Shown: one piece after another, positions 9,077 through 16,002 of the stretch
Position numbering within the stretch: the stretch's first letter is position 1
Layout of the letters: the number at the start of each line of letters is the position of its first letter
The notes under the pieces: generated by a model
Told to the model about the DNA's origin: nothing
Database searches by the model: none
What the model saw: the letters and a program-made list of their open reading frames with translations, nothing else
Position numbers and translations under genes: made by a program
From: Candidatus Parcubacteria bacterium
GTDB taxonomy: Bacteria; Patescibacteriota; Minisyncoccia; Minisyncoccales; JAGMDC01
Reading direction: 5' to 3'
NCBI GenBank assembly: GCA_023131895.1
Contig: JAGLYZ010000002.1
Location: 43,364 to 107,363 of the forward strand
Length of the DNA: 64,000 nt

Positions 9077-9649
9077 ATGCTTGATTTTAAAGAATTAGAC
9101 AAAGGGATAACAATTATTATAGATAAGCAGCCGTATGAAATTTTAGAGGCCTCCCGCCTATTTAAAGGAAGAGGCCATTCTGTTCTGCAGGTAAAAATAA
9201 AAAATCTAATTACTGGAGCTGTTGTTTCAAAAACATTTCATCCTTCCGATAGCTTTGAAGAAGCAGAGATTAAAAAATTTAAAGCAAAATTTTTGTATTT
9301 TCATCGTAGCCAATTTTTCTTTTCAAAAGCAAATGATCCTTCATTTAGGTTTTCTCTGCTGGAAAAAAATATTGGAGCAAGCAGTAAATTTTTAAAACAA
9401 AATTTAATAGTTGATGCCATATTGTTTCAAGATAAAGTTATTAATATCTCTTTGCCGATAAAACTGAATTTAAAAGTAATTGAGGCGCCGCCAGGAGTCC
9501 AAGGCAACCGCTCACAACCAGGATTAAAAAATGTTGTCTTAGAAACCAAAGCAAGAATAAATACTCCTTTATTTATCAAAGAAAACGATATAATAGAAAT
9601 AAACACTGAAACAAGTGAATATGTCCGTAGGATACAGTCCACAGATTGA
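9077..9649 (+). CDS. efp: elongation factor P
   Basis: KOW-like N domain and conserved C-terminal KVIEAPPGVQG...TPLFIKENDIIEINTETSEYV; the modified-loop residue is Arg (FKGRGHS) rather than Lys. Confidence 0.85.
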   Translation: MLDFKELDKGITIIIDKQPYEILEASRLFKGRGHSVLQVKIKNLITGAVVSKTFHPSDSFEEAEIKKFKAKFLYFHRSQFFFSKANDPSFRFSLLEKNIGASSKFLKQNLIVDAILFQDKVINISLPIKLNLKVIEAPPGVQGNRSQPGLKNVVLETKARINTPLFIKENDIIEINTETSEYVRRIQSTD

Positions 9650-9798
9650 CTTTTTATTATAATAGTTTATAATTCAATTTAGATGTAAGTTATCTCAATA
9701 AATTTTTTCTTTCCTTATACGAATATTTAGGAAAAAAAATTAAAATGAGAAAAGGTCGTCTTACATAAATAAATTCATATATTCATATAAGGAAACAG

Positions 9799-10125
9799 AT
9801 GAACAAAAAATTATATATTGGCGGTTTGTCTTACGATACTACCGAAGATGGGTTAAAAGATGCTTTTTCTAAAGCCGGAACTGTTGAGTCAGCAACTATT
9901 ATCATTGATAAGGTTTCTGGCCGTTCAAAAGGATTTGGCTTTGTGGAGATGGCTTCTGAAGAAGATGCTCAAAAAGCAATGGAAATGTTGAATGGAAAAG
10001 AACTTGATGGTCGCACTCTCACTGTAAATGAAGCTCGTCCTATGGAGGCTCGTCCTCAAAGGAGAGATTTCAACCGTGGCGGCGATCGGGATTCTAGAAA
10101 AGACAACCGCAGTGACCGTTGGTAA
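9799..10125 (+). CDS. RNA-binding protein with one RRM domain and an RGG/RD-rich tail
   Basis: RNP-2 LYIGGL and RNP-1 KGFGFVEM motifs; GC-richer than flanks. Confidence 0.85.
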   Translation: MNKKLYIGGLSYDTTEDGLKDAFSKAGTVESATIIIDKVSGRSKGFGFVEMASEEDAQKAMEMLNGKELDGRTLTVNEARPMEARPQRRDFNRGGDRDSRKDNRSDRW

Positions 10126-10144
10126 AAACAACCGTCATTTAAAG

Positions 10145-10181
10145 CAAAAAAAACAGCTGCTTGGATTCAAGCAGCTGTTTT
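10145..10181. terminator. bidirectional intrinsic terminator between convergent RRM and xseB genes
   Basis: A6 - AACAGCTGCTTggattcAAGCAGCTGTT - T5: perfect 11-bp stem flanked by A-run and T-run. Confidence 0.6.
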
Positions 10182-10405
10182 TAATTGTTTTCTTCAATAT
10201 CCGCTTCTTTTTTTATTTCCTCAAATTCATTTTCAATCTCTTTAAGCCGCTCTTTGCTCGCCCTAATAAGCGCTATTGCCTCTTTTACTTTTTTCAACCC
10301 TTGCTCAATGTCAATCTCCTTTTGGCTGTCAAACCAATCAGCAATTTCAGATAAATTTTTTAGATTATTGTTTAAATTTTTAGCATCTAGCTTTTCTTTA
10401 GTCAT
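10181..10405 (-). CDS. xseB: exodeoxyribonuclease VII small subunit
   Basis: 74-aa helical protein immediately downstream of xseA; sequence pattern (EIADWFDSQ...LEEGLKKVKEA) consistent with XseB. Confidence 0.65.
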   Translation of the reverse strand: MTKEKLDAKNLNNNLKNLSEIADWFDSQKEIDIEQGLKKVKEAIALIRASKERLKEIENEFEEIKKEADIEENN

Positions 10406-10452
10406 TTTTATTTTTGTTATTTTTATTTACCATATTAAATTCGCAAAAGCGA

Positions 10453-11580
10453 TTATTTAACAGGGTGAATATTTTTAACTTCTGAAATAATTTTTCCATC
10501 TATCACTCTTAAATCTATGTTTTCTCCTATTTTAGCGTCATCTACTCGCTTAATTATCTTTCCATAATGGCTGGCGATGCTGTAACCAAGACGAAGCTGG
10601 CGCTCCGGATTATTAAGCTCAATGATTTTAACAGAATGTTCAAGTCGCTGGCTGATTGTTGACAATAATGATTTAAATCCAAATACGGATTTTTCCCACG
10701 AGTTCTTTATGCTAATATTAACATTTTCCAAAACATTTCCATAGAAGCCGATAGTGTCTCTTTCATGCTTTTCTAATAAAAGCATAGCATGCTTCCATGA
10801 TTCATTAAGAAGATTCGCAGCAGCAGTAGGAGTAGAAACTGAAACATCTGCCGCTAAAGCAGCAAGCGGTTCATTTTTATGGTGCCCTATTCCAAGAACT
10901 ACTGGAACCGGGAAATTAACTATTTCCATAACTAACAATTCATTATTAAATGCCATCATTGACTCTAATGATCCTCCGCCGCGAATTATAACAAGAACGT
11001 CAATATCCTGTTTTACGAATGTCCTTATTGACGATAAAAGATCTGCTACTGCCACTTGGCCCTCAACGCGAGAATCAATCATCTTAATTTTAAAGCCAAA
11101 TTTTCCTAAATTATTTAAAAAATCCGCTAAAACAGCACCTTGGCGCGAGGTAATCACACCGATTTTCTGCGGATACTTTAGGATCGGCCGCTTTCTAATT
11201 TCAGCAAAAGCGCCTTGCTCGGTTAGTTTTTTCTTTAATCTCTTATACTCTTTTTCTAAAGTCCCCTCTCCTGCATATTCAATTGTTTCCGCTATAAAAG
11301 AAAATCCATATAACGGATGCATGCTTGGAGAGCCAAAAGCAATAATTTTATCCCCTATCTTTAATTTAATGCCATAAATACTATATATAGATTTCCAAAT
11401 TATGCATTTTATTATACTTCCATCTTTTTCGTCTTTTAAAGAAAAATAGACATGGCCTGTTGGTCCAAAACTAATCTCGCTTACTTCTCCTATAATTTTT
11501 GCTCTATATTTTTTTAATTCTGTATTAAGAATATCAATGTATTCAGAAACAGAAAAAATTTTGTCTTTGCTATACTCCAT
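10453..11580 (-). CDS. xseA: exodeoxyribonuclease VII large subunit
   Basis: 375 aa; N-terminal OB fold (VSEISFGPTGHVYFSLKDEKDGSIIKCIIWK) and catalytic core (VIIRGGGS) typical of XseA. Confidence 0.85.
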   Translation of the reverse strand: MEYSKDKIFSVSEYIDILNTELKKYRAKIIGEVSEISFGPTGHVYFSLKDEKDGSIIKCIIWKSIYSIYGIKLKIGDKIIAFGSPSMHPLYGFSFIAETIEYAGEGTLEKEYKRLKKKLTEQGAFAEIRKRPILKYPQKIGVITSRQGAVLADFLNNLGKFGFKIKMIDSRVEGQVAVADLLSSIRTFVKQDIDVLVIIRGGGSLESMMAFNNELLVMEIVNFPVPVVLGIGHHKNEPLAALAADVSVSTPTAAANLLNESWKHAMLLLEKHERDTIGFYGNVLENVNISIKNSWEKSVFGFKSLLSTISQRLEHSVKIIELNNPERQLRLGYSIASHYGKIIKRVDDAKIGENIDLRVIDGKIISEVKNIHPVK

Positions 11581-11585
11581 AAAAA

Positions 11586-12605
11586 TTATCCGAAATAATG
11601 AAAATATAACCAGATTATTAAAAACAATAAAATTGTGCGAAAAACAAATAACAGTTTTAAGGTTATACGATGTCTATCTGCTTTGAATATAGCATACCAG
11701 TTCATAGCATTTACGAAAAGCAAAGACCGGCAACAAAATTTCAAGGTTTCCCATCTGCTAAATTTTCTGGATTGCTCTACCCAATTATATTTAAGTTTTA
11801 TAGCTTCTTTTGCAAAATTAAAATTCAATAATTTTTGATAATCAAAATTTAATACTAAATCAATTTCCATGGTTCCTAAGAGACTATGCTTATATCTAAC
11901 TTTTCTCTTTATTTCTTTTTTTATTTTTTCTGTAGCTTTTTTTATGCCCCCTCCAATTGGTTTATCTAAAAAGAACAAAACAGATTCTATAGAATAAATA
12001 GCTGCTTTATCAGCCATTTTCAAACAAATTTTTGGAACAAACAAAGCTCCTAAAACAGAAGAAAGAGCGATATAGTATGGTATTAAAATGGCTTTGAATT
12101 TCTCCCACCAGTTTGCTTTAGCCCGAATTGTTTTTCTTATATCCCTTCCCCATAAAATCCTGCCCTCGTATTTCATTTTCTTAAAGAGCATAGATTGGGA
12201 AGCCACTAGTATTGCTCCCAATAATAAATCCTTTCTCTTTATTTTGCCTTCTACCCAATCTATGTCTGTTGGTCCGAAAACTTCATAGGGCACATAAAGT
12301 TTGGTCTTGGCTAAAACCTTTTTAACTTCATCTTTTTTATCACCAACAGAGCAGGATTCTTTGAGTTTTGTATCATATTTCTCATCTAATCTCCAAAATA
12401 TCTTGTCTGTATATTCTTTTACCTCTTTCACTAATTCCGGCCTTTTAACCTGAATTATCAAATCTACATCGCTTATTCCTCTTTTCCATTCCCCTCTTGC
12501 CGCACTGCCAAACAGCAAAATAAAATCCAAATCTTCCTTAAATCTCTCTGCTAATTTTTTAGAAAATTCCTGTAAAAACCTTTGAATTCTTTGTTGCTCT
12601 TCCAT
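11586..12605 (-). CDS. nucleotidyltransferase-domain protein (Pol beta/MNT superfamily) with a long C-terminal extension
   Basis: NTase signature LFGSAARGEWKRGISDVDLII (GS-x9-13-DxD); C-terminal 200 aa uncharacterised with a hydrophobic end. Confidence 0.6.
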   Translation of the reverse strand: MEEQQRIQRFLQEFSKKLAERFKEDLDFILLFGSAARGEWKRGISDVDLIIQVKRPELVKEVKEYTDKIFWRLDEKYDTKLKESCSVGDKKDEVKKVLAKTKLYVPYEVFGPTDIDWVEGKIKRKDLLLGAILVASQSMLFKKMKYEGRILWGRDIRKTIRAKANWWEKFKAILIPYYIALSSVLGALFVPKICLKMADKAAIYSIESVLFFLDKPIGGGIKKATEKIKKEIKRKVRYKHSLLGTMEIDLVLNFDYQKLLNFNFAKEAIKLKYNWVEQSRKFSRWETLKFCCRSLLFVNAMNWYAIFKADRHRITLKLLFVFRTILLFLIIWLYFHYFG

Positions 12606-12607
12606 AA

Positions 12608-13459
12608 TTATACTTCAAATAAAATTTTAGCTTCTTTTATTAAAGAATTTAAGTTTTTTTCCGAAATTCCTGTTTGCTTTGAGAATTTCCGAGGATTAAT
12701 TTTTAGAACATCTTTTGCTAAAATCACCTTTCTTTTAATAAAAACCTCAGCCAAGCCTTCCTTTAAAGAAGGCAAAATAGTTATAGGATAAAAACCGTTT
12801 TTATCAATTATATATTCCAGACCTCCTGATTTAGGGCATTTCCAGCCCAGAAGCTCAATCCCTGCGCATCTTGAATATTCAGCCGCTGCTTTGGTAAATT
12901 TAGCATTAGTAACCAAAATAGGCCTTACATTAAAGCCATTAAGCTCTTTTCTTTCAAATACATTTCCTTTTCTTATATCTAAAGTCTTAGCCCGATAAGC
13001 CAAAGCGGTTTCTGAATGAATACGTCCTTCTTCTAATAAAGATCTAAACTTACACTCGCCGACATAAACCAGATTTCCTTTTTTGGCCAAAAAATCGATT
13101 TCATATTTCAAGCAATCGCCCTGAAGATATTGATTTAATCTAACCTTATATCCTTGTCTGAAGAAAATTTCTCCAATAAATTTCTCAAAGGGAAAACCGC
13201 TGGGCCCCAATTTTTTCATTCCTTCTTTCAAAGAAAATTTTATTCCTAATTTAAGAGACTCTCGATTTAAAAGTTCTTTTATTCTTTTAAAAATCTCTGA
13301 TGTTTTGATGCCAGGATAGGCTTCCATTTGAATAACTTGGCTAATCTCTCGGGCCAATTTCTTTGAAGCGCCCGCTTTCCTGGCGCTCCGATAAACTTTC
13401 CTTAAAGAAAACGGCTTTCTTTCCCCTCTGAAATTAATTACATAAATAGATTTTTCCAT
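12608..13459 (-). CDS. ATP-cone domain protein fused to an Mrr/PD-(D/E)xK restriction-endonuclease-like domain
   Basis: N-terminal about 90 aa match the ATP-cone pattern (VINFRGERKPFSLRKVYRSARKAG...); central GYKV...EIDFLAKKGNLVYVGECK matches the Mrr-cat D-x(n)-E-x-K core. Confidence 0.45.
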   Translation of the reverse strand: MEKSIYVINFRGERKPFSLRKVYRSARKAGASKKLAREISQVIQMEAYPGIKTSEIFKRIKELLNRESLKLGIKFSLKEGMKKLGPSGFPFEKFIGEIFFRQGYKVRLNQYLQGDCLKYEIDFLAKKGNLVYVGECKFRSLLEEGRIHSETALAYRAKTLDIRKGNVFERKELNGFNVRPILVTNAKFTKAAAEYSRCAGIELLGWKCPKSGGLEYIIDKNGFYPITILPSLKEGLAEVFIKRKVILAKDVLKINPRKFSKQTGISEKNLNSLIKEAKILFEV

Positions 13460-13468
13460 AAAAATAGA

Positions 13469-13690
13469 TTATTGATTAACTTCAAAAATTTTATTTCGTT
13501 GTTCAAACCCTTTAACCAATTTTATCTTTGAGTGTGAAATATTAAAATATGAAGCCAAAGCATCTCTTACTGCTCTATTTGCTAAACCCTTTACTGGCTT
13601 CGCCTTAACCTTAATCTCAAAACTATCTTCTGATTTTTTAATTATCTCTTTCTTTTTTGAATTTGGAAAAACTTTAACCTTAATCAACAT
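13469..13690 (-). CDS. DUF167/YggU-family protein
   Basis: 73 aa with YggU-like pattern (KVKAKPVKGLANRAVRDALASYFNISHSKIKLVKGFEQRNK). Confidence 0.7.
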   Translation of the reverse strand: MLIKVKVFPNSKKKEIIKKSEDSFEIKVKAKPVKGLANRAVRDALASYFNISHSKIKLVKGFEQRNKIFEVNQ

Positions 13691-13699
13691 TTTTCCGGG

Positions 13700-14245
13700 T
13701 TAATCAAATATTCTTGTTTGGCGATAAAATTTTATCTTTAACTTAGCCAAATCAGAATTTTCTGAAACTTCAAAAATTTTGGCAAACTCTTTTCCCGTAT
13801 CAGGAAGAATGCTTCCGCTAAACTTCTCTTCTTCCGATAGCCAGTAATTGGCTTTATAGGAAGAAGTAAATTTTCTTCCTTCTACATCAATAAAATAAAC
13901 GGTTGAAAGGTTAATTGAATCTTTTCTTTTGTTCAATGCTTTTATTTTTACTTTCACGAACTTTCCCTCTGTTTCCAAATCCTTTATTCTTTTTAATTCC
14001 TCTTCATTAACAGGAGGAGACGCTATTTCTGCTGCTTTTAAGATATTTCCCATTTCCTCAACTTCTAAAATCTCGCAGCTAATGTTTTTTGACTCAACTG
14101 ATTTTTCAGGCAGACAATTAATTTGAATGGTGTGAAATTTTTCCATTGAAACAAAAAACAAAAAAATTCCTCCAAAAACCAAAAGCACTCCCATTATTCC
14201 CCCTAAAATTCCGATTAGAAAAATTCTTTTTTCTTGATTTTCCAT
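13700..14245 (-). CDS. membrane-anchored hypothetical protein (181 aa)
   Basis: N-terminal TM helix (IFLIGILGGIMGVLLVFGGIFLFFV), then a soluble domain. Confidence 0.4.
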   Translation of the reverse strand: MENQEKRIFLIGILGGIMGVLLVFGGIFLFFVSMEKFHTIQINCLPEKSVESKNISCEILEVEEMGNILKAAEIASPPVNEEELKRIKDLETEGKFVKVKIKALNKRKDSINLSTVYFIDVEGRKFTSSYKANYWLSEEEKFSGSILPDTGKEFAKIFEVSENSDLAKLKIKFYRQTRIFD

Positions 14246-14249
14246 AATT

Positions 14250-15281
14250 TTAATTCTTAATCTGTGCTCGTTTAATCATAAATAGCACATTTTCATTAGC
14301 GTTTTTATACCTAATATCGATCTCTAGATGATGACTTTGCCAAACTCTAAAAACTTCATCAGCAAAGGATTGACCAATGGTATTAATATTCTTAAAATCA
14401 ATAATTATTGTTCTAAATTTGTCCAATCCGCTAAGAACTCTTCGTGCTTGAGAACGCGAAATAAAAACATTATTCATCTGATAAAGGTCAACCGTCACTT
14501 CGGTTTTACTAAATTCAAATGTATTTCCGGCAAATTTCTTAAATATAGCATTTAAATTTTGCATAGCTTTTTTGCCAATTTCAAATCGTACTTTTGTCCC
14601 TTTAATTGCTTTTATGTCTTTAATAAAAATATCATTGAGCTGGTTGTCAATAATTAATTTTTTGGTTGAACTATTAATAATTAATTTATCAGCTACTTTT
14701 GAAGTAAAAAAAATGCCCTCGCCTGTATGTTCTTTAGGGACAGTGGTTTGTTTTCCTTTTAAAAGGTCCTGAATTGCTTCTAATTCGTTTTTTAATCCTC
14801 TTTTTTCCATCAAATTATTAAAAATACCTATTCCAAAATCAATCACTTCAAAATTGACGCTAAATTTATCTTTTTCCATTATAACAACTATTTCTTTTGA
14901 ATTAGAGTGTTCAATAGCATTGTTTAACATCTCAGTAAAAGCGTAATCCAAAATAGAAACGATATTTTTTGGTAAATCCAAAAATATCCCGCAATCTTCC
15001 TTTATTTGATCTAAAATGTCAGATTCAGAAAGATTTTTGTTTTTAAGGATCCGCTTAATACTTAAAATTTCTCTTTTTGTTTTTCGGACAACACTCTTTC
15101 TTGCTTCAATATAGTGAGCCTGATTTGCTTTTCCAATTAAAGCAATTTTTTCCTGATTTACTAATTCCCTAAAGGATCTATTGATATAGGCGCGCGAAAA
15201 CCCAGTTGCTTTAACTACATCAGCAACCTTAACTTTCTTATTCTTTTTTAGGTGTTTTAATATTAATGCTTTTATATCCAT
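14250..15281 (-). CDS. wHTH - GHKL (HATPase_c, RsbW-like) - DUF4325/STAS-like three-domain regulator
   Basis: N-terminal winged-HTH (KVADVVKATGFSRAYINRSFREL), Bergerat N-box LNNAIEHS and G1 box IDFGIGI, C-terminal 90 aa resembling DUF4325. Confidence 0.5.
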   Translation of the reverse strand: MDIKALILKHLKKNKKVKVADVVKATGFSRAYINRSFRELVNQEKIALIGKANQAHYIEARKSVVRKTKREILSIKRILKNKNLSESDILDQIKEDCGIFLDLPKNIVSILDYAFTEMLNNAIEHSNSKEIVVIMEKDKFSVNFEVIDFGIGIFNNLMEKRGLKNELEAIQDLLKGKQTTVPKEHTGEGIFFTSKVADKLIINSSTKKLIIDNQLNDIFIKDIKAIKGTKVRFEIGKKAMQNLNAIFKKFAGNTFEFSKTEVTVDLYQMNNVFISRSQARRVLSGLDKFRTIIIDFKNINTIGQSFADEVFRVWQSHHLEIDIRYKNANENVLFMIKRAQIKN

Positions 15282-15302
15282 ATTTTTTTAACTTTCTTGT
15301 CA

Positions 15303-15344
15303 GTTGACAACTTTATTGTATCCCCAAAATTCAAAGTTGTCAAC
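15303..15344 (-). promoter_or_regulatory. promoter (-35 TTGACA / 17 nt / -10 TACAAT on minus strand) embedded in a 12-bp inverted repeat GTTGACAACTTT-N18-AAAGTTGTCAAC: candidate autoregulatory operator of the wHTH-GHKL gene
   Basis: Inverted repeat and hexamers read directly 22-63 nt upstream of the ATG at 15281. Confidence 0.45.
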
Positions 15345-15453
15345 AAGTTGTATACAATTTTAGTTGCTCCATAATCCATATTTCAATTCTACCAGAAAAC
15401 TGCTTTCTTGGCGATAGGGCCTGTTAGGCACTCAATATCTAACACACACCAAT

Positions 15454-15906
15454 CTATCCGATGTCAATCACCTTGTATTTTTTCTTGCCTTGAGGAGCAT
15501 CAACTTCAATAATATCTCCTTTCTTTTTACCTAAAAGAGCTCCACCTAAAGGAGAATTAAATGAGATTTTACCTTTTAAAATATCTACTTCTTCTGTCTC
15601 GACAATCTGGAATTTTTCTTTTCTTCCTTCTAATTTTAAAGAAACAAAAGAACCTATTTGGCTTCTACCATTTTCTTTCTTTTCTATCACTTTAGCTTGG
15701 GCAATAATTTCTCTTAACTCTTTTATTTTTCCCTCAACAAATCCCTGTTTTTCTTTAGCTATATGATATCCAGCATTTTCTTTCAAATCGCCCTGAGAAG
15801 AAGTATGTTTTAGATCCTCTGAAACCTCTTTTCTTATAACTTTCTCTAGGTACTCCAGCTCTTTTTTTATTTTCTTCAAACCTTCCTGTGTTAAATATTT
15901 TGTCAT
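15454..15906 (-). CDS. greA: transcription elongation factor GreA
   Basis: 150 aa; N-terminal coiled coil (TQEGLKKIKKELEYLEKV...DLKENAGYH) and C-terminal FKBP-like domain (GSFVSL...SPLGGALLGKKKGDIIEV). Confidence 0.9.
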   Translation of the reverse strand: MTKYLTQEGLKKIKKELEYLEKVIRKEVSEDLKHTSSQGDLKENAGYHIAKEKQGFVEGKIKELREIIAQAKVIEKKENGRSQIGSFVSLKLEGRKEKFQIVETEEVDILKGKISFNSPLGGALLGKKKGDIIEVDAPQGKKKYKVIDIG

Positions 15907-16002
15907 ATTTTTTCTTTATTATTCTAATTTAACTCATTTTTGGGATTTTAGCAATAAAAAAAATTGTTGAAGTTATGCCTCAACAATTAAATATGTTCTT
16001 TT

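Noticed and set aside
10028-10460. Plus-strand ORFs overlapping xseB (108 aa, 91 aa) and minus ORF 9925-10131 antisense to the RRM gene
   Set aside because: Antisense shadows of well-supported genes; low-complexity translations.
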